A stretch of DNA of 64,000 nt from Octopus vulgaris (taxonomy: Eukaryota). A program made the position numbers and the translations under genes. Shown here piece by piece: positions 12,661 through 25,884 of the stretch. The DNA lies in contig OX597831.1 in NCBI GenBank assembly GCA_951406725.2, positions 68,882,001 through 68,946,000 on the forward strand. Direction: 5' to 3'. The notes below the pieces were generated by a model. The model saw nothing but the letters and a program-made list of their open reading frames with translations, was not told the origin of the DNA and made no database searches. Position 1 is the stretch's first letter. Every line of letters starts with the position of its first letter.

Positions 12661-12670
12661 ATATACACAC
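10935..12670 (-). mobile_element. PLE-like pLTR region with tandem hammerhead motifs and a long (GT)-rich compound microsatellite
   Basis: Two ~80-bp repeats at 11005-11150, each with GAGC(tcc)GCTC(G)AAACG on the minus strand; GT-rich low-complexity sequence follows. Confidence 0.5.
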
Positions 12671-12829
12671 ACACAATAATAGGCAGAAGCTACGGTGACA
12701 ATGGCCAAATTTGTGTTTGATAAGTGCCAATACATGAAACTCTCAGCTTTTGACTTACTCTCTAATTTCTGCCAATGATATATATACATACATATATGTG
12801 TAAAAAAATCTCATCACGCAATCGAACCA

Positions 12830-12990
12830 ATGATAGAGCCTCTACCTGGTTGCTCGACATGCTAAAAATAGCAGCCAAAGTATCCCCCTACTTCTTCGGA
12901 TACTGGTTGACTGTATCAGAGGTTTTTCTATTCTGTATATAAAAAGTTTGGCTACTTTTCTAGCAGATCATGCAACCACGTACAGGTGCT
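12830..12990. mobile_element. Small foldback MITE-like repeat
   Basis: tggttgctcgacatgctaaaaatagcagccaaa ... tttggctacttttctagcagatcatgcaacca; related to the 107-bp unit at 34151. Confidence 0.55.
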
Positions 12991-13294
12991 GTCGTTGGTC
13001 TGTCTCATTAATAATCTTGTGAAAATAATGGGCCAGATGTAACTTTCTTCAGCTGAATACACATTATTGATTGGTTAAAATTACCCAAATATGACAAATT
13101 TAACATGAAATAACTTCTAAAATACAAAATTTTGAAAAAAACGGTAAGAGTAAACCATGTTCTACATGACACATTCAACCAATATCCAAAGTTTCAAAGT
13201 GTTTAGTTAAAAAAGTTAATTAAAAAATCTGTGCTTGAGATTGAACAGATCCCTTTATTATTAACATTATTATTGAGTTTCTGATTTAACTCCG

Positions 13295-13504
13295 ACACAC
13301 ACACACACACACATACATACATAAATACATGCATAGATATATATATATACACACACATACATATATATATATACATATATAAACACTCTCTCTCTCTCTC
13401 TCACACATACACGCTCATACACACACCCACACCCACATACATACATACATACATAAATACATGCATATATGTACACACACATACATATATATATATATAA
13501 ACAA

Positions 13505-13535
<31 letters not shown>

Positions 13536-13806
13536 TATATACATGCATAGATATATATATACACACACATACATATATACATATATAAACACTCTCTCTC
13601 TCACACACACATACACACACATACACACACATACATACATACATAAATACATGCATATATATATACACACACATACATATATATATATACATATATAAAC
13701 ACACACTCTCTCTCTCTCTCACACACATACACACACCCACATACATACATACATAAATACATGCATATCTATATACACACACATACATATATACATATAT
13801 AAACAC

Positions 13807-13842
<36 letters not shown>

Positions 13843-13960
13843 ATACAAACAGACACACATACATACATACACAAATACATGCATATATATATATACACAC
13901 ATACATATATATATACATATATAAACACTCTCTCTCTCTCTTACACACACACACACATCT
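13295..13960. repeat. Higher-order compound microsatellite (~120-bp unit of CT/CA/TA blocks, ~5.5 copies)
   Basis: Recurring aaacactctctc...acataaatacatgcat. Confidence 0.8.
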
Positions 13961-15676
13961 ATCTGCCAACCTGTGTCAATAAAAATATTAAATACTAAGT
14001 GGGAAAGAAACAGGTTTGTAAACTTCAAGCATATTGTTAATAACACCAGAGCTATGCCACTATGAGAAGATGTGATCTATAAGAAATTATTACAAAATTA
14101 TTCAGAAGAATATTCTAAATTTCAATGCTATGTGTGGTTTTTAAAAAGCAGAGTATTAATGTGCTCCAGCATAACATTATTTATGTAGCTGATGTTATAG
14201 TTCATAGCTGAGACATTTGAATAAATAGATTTACTCAAACAGAGAAAGACTCTATATTAACTATAGCATAAATCAGTCATTCTCTATTACATGCTAGTCA
14301 GTTCTATTGTAGGGCTTCTGAAGTATTTTATTGCCTAAAGTTTTATGCTGGGGTTGCTCAAATCTTATTGTATGAAGTTTATTGTTGAGGCACCAAAGTT
14401 CTTTTTCCGAAAGCCTGCCATATTGTTCTGTATTTGCTCATCAAATTGTCTGTTGTTGTTACTTAAATTTTATTTGGTTTCTCTTTTAGTTCTTTATTTA
14501 CAAAGGAATTGTAATCTCAGTGACATGATTTACATTTGCCTGAACTGAAATATGATTCAGACAGCAATCGAGAATAAGTGGTTTATTTGATGTTGCTTGG
14601 CCTCTACTGCTAAGCAACTCGCAGCCAATGGTTGACTGTTCTCTTTATTAATGTCCATTATGACCCTTGGTTTTAAGTGCTTTGGTCAACTCAGCTGACA
14701 TAGCAGCCATTTCTCTTCTCTCATACTTTCTTCCCCAATGTACTCTTGCATTTATCTCACCATCCCCCTCTGCTATTGCCAGTCACACTCCTGAATCCCT
14801 CTATATTCCTGCTTTCTTCTCTTCATACTCTTGTTCCTTCAACCATCCTATCTTTTCTGTTCCTTTGATATTGTTGTTCTTTCTCTTGTTTCTCTTCTCA
14901 GTCACCTGTGCAAATACACAATCATTTGATTTATTAAGTACTCTCTATACTAACATCGGCTTCCCTAAACTCGCCTCTCAAATCCCAACTTCTGGCCTTT
15001 CTGCTATCATTATTCCCTTTCCAAATCTTCATTTACTCTGCACAGAGCTACCCTTACCTACTGATTTCACTGTTAAGTGGTTGGCTAAATGACCAGTAGG
15101 AGTGGATGAATTTTCTTGTGGCACCGACACTAGAGGGGCAAATAGTATTTCTAGTCCTGTCTGACCGAGGATTAGTCAACTTCTCTAGTTTTGGTGCCAT
15201 AACAAAGTGCACCTTGCACACGGTGCAAGGGTGATGGAATTAGAAAAGCATTCAGTCATAGAAAACAAGCCATGGACATGCATGAGTACTTTGTATCTGA
15301 GAGCAGTAACTCTCAATGTGAGGCAACTTGGACCATGACAACCCACCTAACACATGCCATCATAGAAAGTGAAAGTAAAATGATGATGTGGATTTATATA
15401 TCTAACTTTACAAATAAGTATGAATAAATATATGCTGTAGATTTAAGGATACGGTCAGATACTTGAGTTTCTTTTAGTACTTAAATAATATGAGACAATG
15501 TTGTTTACTACAAAACGAAATATGTGCACTGTTTTACGCACAGTAATTAAAGCTCGAAAAACATGCATGTTGCACACATGCATTTGCTGCACTTGGAAAA
15601 GAAAAAGAACAATGCAAAAAAAAATGTAAAGTTTATTACACGTATTTGTGTAATCAGTCATTGAACTGAAGCTGTG

Positions 15677-16064
15677 CTACCATACTGATTAGTCTACCAT
15701 ACTGATTAGTCTACCATACTGATTAGTCTACCATACTGATTAGTCTACCATACTGATTAGTCTACCATACTGATTAGTCTACCATACTGATTAGTCTACC
15801 ATACTGATTAGTCTACCATACTGATTAGTCTACCATACTGATTAGTCTACCATACTGATTAGTCTACCATACTGATTAGTCTACCATACTGATTAGTCTA
15901 CCATACTGATTAGTCTACCATACTGATTAGTCTACCATACTGATTAGTCTACCATACTGATTAGTCTACCATACTGATTAGTCTACCATACTGATTAGTC
16001 TACCATACTGATTAGTCTACCATACTGATTAGTCTACCATACTGATTAGTCTACCATACTGATT
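15677..16064. repeat. Perfect 17-bp minisatellite (CTACCATACTGATTAGT) x ~22.8
   Basis: No variant units seen. Confidence 0.95.
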
Positions 16065-16223
16065 CCATAATTTTTTTCATTGATCTCATGTACCGCTGCT
16101 AAATTGCAGGATACAAACGAAGGCACTGGTTTTTAAGTAGGGTCAATGAAAAAGCAAAATGTAAATGCATGCATGCACACACACACACACATACACACAC
16201 ACACACACACAAACACACGCAAA

Positions 16224-16267
<44 letters not shown>

Positions 16268-16611
16268 AACACACACACACACACACAAACATATGCACAC
16301 AAACACACACACAAACACACGCACACAAACACACACACAAACACACGCACACAAACACGTGACCACATGATTATCCCACGACCCTCTTAACTACTACACA
16401 GTTATGCCTACACCTGGAGAGAAGGAAAATTAAAATTAAAATGTTCTTAAAATAAACAAAAGTTGAAGACATTACTTTGGAATGGAGATTTCATTATTGT
16501 TAAAACTGAAATGATTAAATCAATTAGCACAGCTGAAAGAATAATTTTTAATAGAAATTAAATACATTTTAGCAAACTTAAATAGTCTTTTGTGGTGCTT
16601 ATCTGTAGACC

Positions 16612-17035
16612 TGTTACTCTTTACTCTTTTACTCTTTTACTTGTTTGAGTCATTTGACTGCGGCCATGCTGGAGCACCGCCTTTAGTCAAGCAAATTGAC
16701 CCCGGGACTTATTCTTTGTAAGCCCAGTACTTATTCTATCGGTCTCTTTTGCCGAACTGCTAAGTGACTGGGACGTAAACACACCAGCATCGGTTGTCAA
16801 GCAATGCTAGGGGGACAAACATAGACACACAAACATATACACACACACATATATATATATATATACATATATATGACAGGCTTCTTTCAGTTTCCGTCTA
16901 CACAATCCACTCACAAGGCATTGGTCAGCCCGGGGCTATAGCAGAAGACACTTGCCCAAGATGCCATGCAGTGGAACTGAACCTGGAACCATGTGGTTGG
17001 TTAGCAAGCTACTTACCACACAGCTACTCCTGCGC
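16612..17035 (-). mobile_element. SINE family A, full length
   Basis: Near-consensus copy. Confidence 0.9.
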
Positions 17036-17084
17036 TGGATTGTACCAATTTAAGTTAATAATATATATAATGAAATTATTGTAT

Positions 17085-17550
17085 ACAGTGCTCAGGTGCA
17101 CCACAACTTGTCAAAAAGTGCATATAAAGTATATGCAGTAATTTACAAATGTCTGGAAAGCGAACAGTGTATGAGTCAGATACATGCGTGTATGTGTGTG
17201 TATGGAGGGGAGAAAATCAGGTGTAGTTTTGGCGAATCTCAGAAAGCATAGAAGTTTTGAAGGATGCAGTGCTCCGACAAAACTAACAACTGATGCCGGC
17301 AGTTTGTTCCATGCTTCAGCAACTCTTAGCGTGAAAAAATGTTTCCGAAAGTCATGGGAGCTGTGCTGCTTTCTGACTTTGTAAACACGTCCATGGATGT
17401 TAGACAGGTGGAGTCTGAAAAGGTGCTCAGAGTTATTGCTTGTAAGATGGTTAATAATTTTATGTGTATCTGCCAAGTCAGCTGCCAGACGTCGGAGTTT
17501 CGATGTGTCCATGCCCAGGGAAGTAAGGCGTTCAGAATATGGCAAGTTAT
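17085..17550 (-). mobile_element. CR1-clade LINE 3' end
   Basis: LPYSERLTSLGMDTSKLRRLAADLADTHKII...KHFFTLRVAEAWNKLPASVV, a typical CR1 ORF2 C-terminus. Confidence 0.85.
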
Positions 17551-17562
17551 TTAATTTGAAGA

Positions 17563-17902
17563 CAGTGGTTCTCAAATGGGGTCAATAATGACCTGTGGGG
17601 GTCCATATAAGATTTTTAGGGGTCCATGCAAGCAAAATAGTAAATTGGGGACCGACATTAGTATTATAAGGGTCCATGAAAAAATTTTGCTTTAGATGTT
17701 TTTATTGCAAGAAACAGCTCAGTTTCTTTCTCTAGTGTTTTCCATAGTTCAGCCGACACAAGTGAATGAGTGAAGAACAAAATAATAATTTTGAAAGAAT
17801 TATCTATAAAATTAGTTTTTAAACATCAAATGGCTATGGTGGTCCACCAGAATAGAAAAATAATCAAAGGGGTCCATTGTTAAAAAATGGTGGGAACCAC
17901 TG
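17563..17902. mobile_element. hAT (Charlie-like) MITE
   Basis: TIRs CAGTGGTTCTCAA / tgggaaccactg; TSD not evident. Confidence 0.7.
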
Positions 17903-18580
17903 ATATAGAGTAAGCTGTGTTGTATATGCATGTAACAATAATCAAAAATATCCAGGTACACATAATTCACATGCATGAGAGCAAATTCAGGCATACTTTG
18001 GAGCTAGTTAAAATAAAGGTTTTAATTATATTATTTGAAGTTTGAAGCATTAAATAACTCCTGTCACTTGATTAGAATTTTAATTTGGTTATTTAAAATC
18101 AATTCTTATTTTAATAGAACTAGTTAAAATAAATTTTCCTCCCATCTCTTAATCTTTGATTTCTTAGACTGGCCAAGAAGGAAGAGGAGTATCAACAAGT
18201 GTAAGCTAACTGATACTATTTTCTCAAACTAAGAAGGTAGAAGATTCTAAATAAATACAGAAAATCTTGTTATTCAGTATTTGGAATTTCTCCAACCCTA
18301 TTTAGAAAATTAAATCAGGCTATATATGAATAGAATTTTGTTCATTAGTGGAACCTTTACTTTATGCCATGTTTCTTTGAAATCATAATCTTCTGAAGTG
18401 CCATGCTTATGCCAGAAATTGTTATGCTTATCATACTCAATTGTAACAACAAAATATTGATTATTTTTTTTGTTTTAGTACATACATATACGTACATACT
18501 TACGCACACACACATACACATATACATCTCTGTCTGTCTGTCTGTTTGTCTGTCTATCTATCTATCTATCTCTATATCTA

Positions 18581-18626
<46 letters not shown>

Positions 18627-18687
18627 AATATCTATATATATATAAATAAATGAAAGAATGAAGTCGAACGAAGATGTTAACAAAATT

Positions 18688-18780
18688 CCTTTACTCTCGA
18701 CATATGTTTTGAAGACAACATGGTTTCATTCCAAAGGAATAAAAGGTGCATTATGCAATCTTCTCATCAGGAAAGAAAGG
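18688..18780 (-). ncRNA. Type I hammerhead motif with long stem II insert (G12A)
   Basis: Minus strand: ctttctttc-CTGATGA-GAAGA(~48 nt)TCTTC-AAAA-C(atat)GTC-gagagtaaag. Confidence 0.65.
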
Positions 18781-18924
18781 GAGCCTCTCTCGACAACAAG
18801 ACAAACAAAAATTTTGATGACTGCCTACATGGTAAACAAAACGATAATGAGTGTTTTTTAAAAATACCGTTAGAAGAATTGACATCAAGGATAGAAGATA
18901 GAGGAGATATATATATATATGTAT

Positions 18925-19105
18925 ATATGCTTAGCAGTATTTTGTCTGCTGTTACGCTCTGAGTTCTAATTCTACCGAGGTTGACTTTGCCTTTCATCCT
19001 TTCGAGGTTGATTAAATAAGTACCAGTTATGCGCTGGGGTCGATGTAATCGACTTCATCTCTTTGTCTGTTCTTGTTTGTCACCTCTGTGGGCAATAAAA
19101 ATAAA
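18925..19105 (+). mobile_element. SINE family B (central gtcgactttgcctttcatcctttcggggtcg domain)
   Basis: Family consensus. Confidence 0.8.
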
Positions 19106-19217
19106 TATATATATATATATCATCATCATCATCATCGTTTAAACGTCCGTTTTCCACGCTAGCACGGGTTGAGGTGTGGTTATTGCTAGTTGAAACTATA
19201 TATATATATATATATAC

Positions 19218-19465
19218 AATGTCAGTGTGCATACTCGACAGAGTGTTAGTACCTTGAGAGAAAAGTTGGACCTAAGAAGCATCAGATGTGGTGTGCAAGA
19301 GAGATGACTACGCTGGTATGGCCATGTGGTGAGAATGGATGTGGATAGCTGTGTGAAAAACTGCTACACCCTAGCAGTTGAGGGAACTTGTGGAAGAGGT
19401 AGACCCAAGAAGACCTGGGATGAGGTGGTGAAGCATGACCTTCGAACATTGGACCTCACCGATGT
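19218..19465 (+). mobile_element. RTE LINE 3' coding fragment
   Basis: LREKLDLRSIRCGVQER.LRWYGHVVRMDVDSCVK...GRGRPKKTWDEVVKHDL. Confidence 0.85.
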
Positions 19466-19514
19466 GCCCAAGGAAGATACCACCTGATGGGGGATAGTTT
19501 GTACATGCGTATCT

Positions 19515-19688
19515 TTTATCTTTTACTTGTTTCAGTCATGAGACTGCAGTCATGCTGTGGCTCAACCGCAAAGAAGCTTTAGCCTAACAAATCGATCCCA
19601 GTACTAATTTTTAAGCCTGGAACTTATAGTATCAATCTCTTTTGCCAAACTGCTAAGTTATGGGGATGTAAACAAACCATCAACAGTT

Positions 19689-19755
<67 letters not shown>

Positions 19756-19890
19756 ACTTCTTTCAGTTTCTGTCTACGAAATCCACTCAGGTGGCTTTGG
19801 TTGGCTTGAGGCTTTAATAGAAGACACTTGTCCAAGGTGCCACCCAGCACCATGAAGTAGTGAAGTTAACTTCTTAGCATACACAGCCAC
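19515..19890 (-). mobile_element. SINE family A, diverged
   Basis: Family motifs around (TA)n. Confidence 0.75.
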
Positions 19891-21140
19891 AGGCTATGGC
19901 ACACATCAACCATCAACATGAATTCTAGCATTAGAACCACTGTTGGACTTTAATGGTAAAGTGAAAGACAGAACACAATAATGGTAAACCTAGCTTGCCA
20001 CCAGGTTTACTACCGCCACCACCGCCGCTGTCGCCACCTCAACCACTACCACCACCATTACCGCCACTGCCGGGTCATTAAATGGTTGCCTTTAGCACAC
20101 TTTAGCACTATTTACTAGAATTCGTTCTCACTGTTCCCTCTTTCTCTACGTATTTCCTGTGGGTACTGACCTGCAGATGTTGAAATTGGACATCCGCTGC
20201 TTCAATCACATCAGGTTAAGTGAAGCTGGAATTTTAGAAGTCACAGGCCAATCCCATCTTTGATAAAAAAAAAACTTTAAAAAAATGAGAATTGATTTGA
20301 AATAAAGTAGAGTAAAACATTAATTAAATGTTTGCCTCAGATTTGAAATCATGACCCTGGGATGAATAGTTAAATATCTTATTTTCAGAAGAACATCTTA
20401 ACCATTAAAAAGTAGAGAAAATCTTAAACGTCCCAACAGTCCAGATGCAATTCGTTTGAAATTTACACAATTAAAGGGAAGTAATTCTCAAAGATTTCAT
20501 TGATTTATTTCCCTTGCAACAGTTGTAAAAATATCTGGATTTCTGCTTAAATTGTAGATGAACGAAGCTGATTTGTGTAACTACCAAAAACGCACACGGA
20601 GAGACTGTCTCTTTGTCTGTCTGTCTCTGTCTATCTGTCGCTCTCTCTCACACACACACCAGCCTCACTACAGTTACTCGTTTAGAAACTTATTTTTTTG
20701 AAGTCATGTTCGCAAGAAATCTGTTTTTAGGTGTTTCTCCTTTAACGTCCATTTGTTAACAAATAAATCCTCCGGTGAGGAATGCTAGTATAACATGAAG
20801 TTAACAGGGAATATACTGTTGTATTTACTTTCATAACTCACGACTGCTCATCAAAACCAGTTCCGATGTAAACCTGTGTACATACCAGGAGCTGTTAAAG
20901 CAGCATCGTGATTTAATAAACCATTTGTATATTTGAAGAGTACAACTGGTGCTTAGAATGATAAACCATTGCTATATCTACTTACAGCTATGTGGTTTTG
21001 GACATTTTAAGGAATTCTCCAGAAGTGCAGAGGTGGCTGTCTGGTAGGAAGTTGGCTCCCCAGCTACATGATTCCAGGTTCAGTCCCACTTGGAATTGTT
21101 TATCTTCGATAAACTAGCAGCAAGTTCATTAATGACTTAA

Positions 21141-21349
21141 GCCTTTGGCATTTAAACTGACCGTATCTGGCCAATATATTTTACCTGCTTTATGTTGTTC
21201 ATGCTGGCCAGATTCAGCCTTTCTTGAAATAAACATTCCAGAAATAAACAGTCATATCATTGAAATCCTGAAGCTCTGAAATAATTAATTCAAAACAATG
21301 TGGATAAACAAGTTTTACATTTAACAAAAGTTATCTGAAGACTAAAGAG
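21141..21349. mobile_element. Old piggyBac-like MITE
   Basis: TTAA on both sides; decayed TIR gcctttggca / actaaagag. Confidence 0.45.
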
Positions 21350-21964
21350 TTAAACAAATAATACCAAAGATTAATTACTAATTACAAATAAAACCAAAAA
21401 TTAATTACTAAGATTAATTACTAATTAAGATTAATTACAAATTAATTACTAATTTCCTTCAGTTTTAGAAACCAATTTTTCCCCTGAATCATACAGTTAT
21501 TTTGATGACTGGAGTTGTATGTGTATATTATCTGAGGAAATATTTCGTACAAAAAAAAAAGCTGAAACATTGATTACAATGCTTTACATTAAACAAAATT
21601 TTCAGTTAATAGTTGCAGATTACTCACACTACCTTGAGTTAAGCAGTTCACATTTAATTAATCATGACATAAACAATGCCTCTAATTGTTGAAATCTAAT
21701 TTAGCTAATTCAAGAGAAGAAAACTCTGCATTCTTCAAGGAATATGAAGACAAAGTCTGATGGAAAGCTGGAGCACTAGTGATCTCTTTTGAAACATTAA
21801 ATTATTTGTCAGCAGAAAAGAAAACATTTTACACCAGTAAATATAAACATAAACACATCTGCAGAACAAATTGATCCTCGAACAAATGTTTAAGTCTGGT
21901 ACTTATTTGATTGGTCTTTTTGGTCAAATCACTGCAAAGAAACCAGTACTGGTTGTCAAGCAGT

Positions 21965-22300
21965 GAGGAGAGGTTTTCCCGGACTTTTTGAGGATGGCCG
22001 GCTCCAGGTATCCAGTGATGCTTGAGGGACGCCCCCCTCAAGTGTCACCTGTGCCTGGAGACTGGCCACATTAAGAAGAACTGCCCCATGGACCAAAGTA
22101 GGATCCTGGAGCAGTTAATGTTGGAACCTCTCCCTGCTCCCCCAATGGAGGGAGAGAAACAGAACGAGGAAACAGTTACTTCCTCAAAGAGAAAAAGAAA
22201 AGTGGGAAACAATGGTGACCCACCAAAAGATCCTGAAGCTGCAGGAGAAAAAGGGGAGAGGATGAACAGAAACAAAGAAACACTCAACCAGTCTCTCACA
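21965..22300 (+). pseudogene. Gag-like/LINE ORF1 fragment with CCHC zinc knuckle
   Basis: KCHLCLETGHIKKNCP = C-x2-C-x4-H-x4-C. Confidence 0.65.
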
Positions 22301-23029
22301 CATACAGACAGACAGACAGATTAAGGTTCAGACAGACATATACGTGTGCACGTGCACACCTGTACATACACACGCATACACACACACACACATCAAAAAT
22401 TGAATAAATGTCCTTTCTAAGCGCGTGTTCTCTCCTCTGTTGCAACTTTCCGTTGCGTCGCCTATGTTGTGCCTTCGCGGCGAAAAGCGCTCGTGGCGGA
22501 CGCTGCTGCTGCTGAACCCATGCGTGCGGCCTTCTCGCGTGTCGTCAGGCCGTCGTCTGGCGGCGCGGTTTCATACGGGGCGCCCGGGGCATAGTGGGCG
22601 CAAACAAAACGGCTCTACACCCGGATCAGTTTCCTGGATTGTGTGGTGTGTTGAATATTCCTTCCCGGAGTGGACACCAGTCTGTTGTAGGATTATTCAG
22701 TCTTGCAGGCTAAGTGGCCCAGAGCAATATGAGATGAAGTGTTTTGCTTGAGAACATACTGCATTGTCCAATTAAGGAATCAAGACAATCTTATGGACAC
22801 AAGTGCAACACCATAACCACTAACCCATGTACCACCACAATTATATATGTTCCCACACACAAACACACACACGAGGGGTTTCAAAGCAGTTTTATAACAA
22901 ATTTGCTCACAAGGCATTGGTTGGCCTGCATAGACACTTACCCAAGGTGCTGTGCAGTGGGACTGAACCTAAAGTCATATAGCTTCTAAACCACACACCT
23001 ATGCCTGCACCTAAAATTACATACATACA

Positions 23030-23795
23030 CATACATATATGTACATTTACACACACACACACACTCACATACAGACTCATACACACACACAAACACACAC
23101 TCACATACAAACACACACACAAACACACACTCACATTCAAACACACACACACACAAACACACACTCACATACAAACACACACACAAACACACACTCACAT
23201 TCAAACACACACACACACAAACACACACTCACATACAAACACACACACACACACACACACACTCACATACACACACACACACAAACACACACTCACATAA
23301 AAACACACACACACACACTCACATACAGACTCATACACACACACAAACACACACTCACATAAAAACACACACACACACACTCACATACAGACTCATACAC
23401 ACACACAAACACACTCACATAAAAATACACACACACACACACACAAACACACACTCACATAAAAATACACACACACACACACAAACACACACTCACATAT
23501 AAACTCACATACAAACACACACACACACTCACATACAGACTCATACACACACACACAAACACACACTCACATACAAACACACACACAAACACACACTCAC
23601 ATAAAAACACACACACACACACTCACATACAGACTCATACACACACACAAACACACTCACATAAAAATACACACACACACACACACAAACACACACTCAC
23701 ATAAAAATACACACACACACACACAAACACACACTCACATACAAACTCACATACAGACACACACACACACACTCACATACAGACTCATACACACA
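23030..23795. repeat. (CA)-rich compound minisatellite
   Basis: Recurring aaacacacactcacat. Confidence 0.9.
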
Positions 23796-24401
23796 TGTAA
23801 CAAATCCTTTTCATGAAGCATTGGTTAATTCCACAGATGAGACCCAAAGTGCAGTGTAGTCGCATGAAACCTGAAACCTTGTGACTGAGAAATGAACTTC
23901 TTAATCATATAAACAAACTGAATAAAGTTGGATTATGAAGATTCGTGGTTGCATCAACCTGTTCGGCCACTCGAGGGCATTTGGGTATCAATGGCCACAG
24001 AAGAACTGCCACAATTAAATGCTTGTCTGGTGTTGCTGAAAAGAGCTCAATGTGCATATGGGCAAAGAGAACTGACCAATGGACCTAGTTGTGGATTCCA
24101 TTGGTTATTTATAGGAAATATAAAGAAGGAGAATTGGTTCCTTTGTCAGTCCGAGTGGCCTGGTGGGCTGAAACACAGACATAGGGACACAAGTTCACAA
24201 ACAGAATGACCCTGGTTCAAATCCTACTGGAGACAGGATTTTGAAAAGCAGCAGGAGGACACCTAAGTGTCATGACTTGGATGGGCCTGGCTCCAGTAAG
24301 TGTCAGGTATAAGGGCTGAAACACTTGTTGGATGGGAATTCTTCCTCTGAACCCCTCTCCTGTTGGGTGCTCTCCTTGTGGAAAGTTTGTTATCTATTTA
24401 A

Positions 24402-24607
24402 CCCTTTCATTACTGTATTTATTTTGGGATGCTCTGTATTTCTTTCAATTATTTTAAATATAACAAAGAATTTAATAAAATCCCTTAGTTATCATGAATC
24501 TAGTGTTAGGAACATAAATTGTGACTTAAAGTCTGGTGGAAGATTTTAATTCAAAACTTATGAAAACAGAGCCAGAGGCAGTTTCAGGCGGGTTGGTAAC
24601 GAAAGGG
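24402..24607. mobile_element. piggyBac MITE
   Basis: TTAA TSD at 24398-24401 and 24608-24611; TIR CCCTTTCrTTAC. Confidence 0.85.
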
Positions 24608-25325
24608 TTAAGGATGAAAAGTGATAGATTTTTAAAACATTGTGCTGTGATGTGAATAAAAGTGAAAACAATATGTACATCACATTAAATTTGAATTATT
24701 TTGAGTTAGAAATATGAAAACTCAGTAAACTAAAGCAAACCAATATATTGTAGACAGCTACAATAATTTGATTAATGATTAAAAGGAAAGATTTTGGTTT
24801 TGAAGAAATAGTCTCACCATATTGTAATATATAATACAGTGAAGAAAAATGTTAATACTAAAGATATTAATGAGTCACATTTATTTGCTGTACATTTTAA
24901 TATAATGAATAGCAAGAATAAAGAAACATATGGAAGCAAAATGTCTATTAAAACAATATATATATATATAACGGATTATAAAAGCAGTATAACTGAAAAT
25001 ATGCTACAAAAATTTATGCACCAAGCTAAAATTATATTTTATCACGTTAATATCTCAAATCAGTTGGAAGATCTTCAACCTCCACACATACGTGCATCCA
25101 TGCACACACACACACACACACGTGTGTGTGTGTGCACATGCATATACAAACATATATATACATAGTGGAAAACAATTCATGATATAATAAAACTATTTCT
25201 TAGAACCATTCCACTCTTGGAGGCACCTTGTAAACTCCTTGCATATGAGCCATATGAGATGTCATCACTGATATATCTCCTAAGGTCTGCAAAGAGCCTA
25301 CAAGTCATCAGCAGCAGCAGCAGCA

Positions 25326-25880
25326 GGAAGCGCAATGGCTGAATGGTTAGGGCAGTGGACTCGCGGTTTCGATTCCCAAGGCAGCGAGCTGGCAGAAACG
25401 TTAGCACGCCAGCGAAATGCGTAGCCGTATTTCGTCTATCGTTACGTTCTGAGTTCAAATTCCGCCGAGGTCGACTTTGCCTTTCATCCTTTCGGGGTCA
25501 ATAAATTAAGTACCAGTTACACACTGGGGTCGATATAATCAACTTAATCCGTATATCTGTCCTTGTTTGTCCCCTCTGTGTTTAGCCCCTTGTGGGTAGT
25601 AAAGAAATAGGTTTCGATTCCCAGACCGGACGTTGTGTGTTTATTGTGCGAAAACACCTAAAGCTCCACGAGGCTCTGGCAGGGGGTGGTAGCGACCCCT
25701 CTTGTACTCTTTCGCTCCAACTTTCTCTCCCTCTTTCTTCCTGTTTCTTGTCCCCGACTTCCTACGCAACTGCTGAGCCTGGATGCACATTCATCCATCC
25801 GTCAATGCTCTTGGTGTCAGGGGTTGACCTTCTTTCTCTTCTGCGGGTCTTATGAATAGCAAAGGACCACGTTTCGGAGT
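25326..25880 (+). mobile_element. SINE family D interrupted by a family B SINE (25380-25609)
   Basis: 14-bp TSD GGTTTCGATTCCCA at 25365-25378 and 25610-25623. Confidence 0.85.
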
Positions 25881-25884
25881 TCTC

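Larger units (their letters stand above)
10401..13252. mobile_element. Merlin-related element with ~215-bp TIRs enclosing nested insertions
   Basis: 10401-10615 is the diverged reverse complement of 13038-13252; termini GGATC...GATCC; no clean TSD. Confidence 0.6.

Noticed and set aside
11554-12789. 411-aa His/Thr-rich ORF and similar YI/HT/CV-rich ORFs throughout (e.g. 47825-48514)
   Set aside because: Translations of (CA)n/(TA)n microsatellites, which lack stop codons by composition
14667-15092. 141-aa hydrophobic ORF
   Set aside because: Non-ATG start and pyrimidine-rich bias; probably the antisense of a decayed LINE ORF1, with no recognisable domain
15677-16064. CRISPR-like array
   Set aside because: Contiguous identical units with no spacers, no cas genes, and a eukaryotic context
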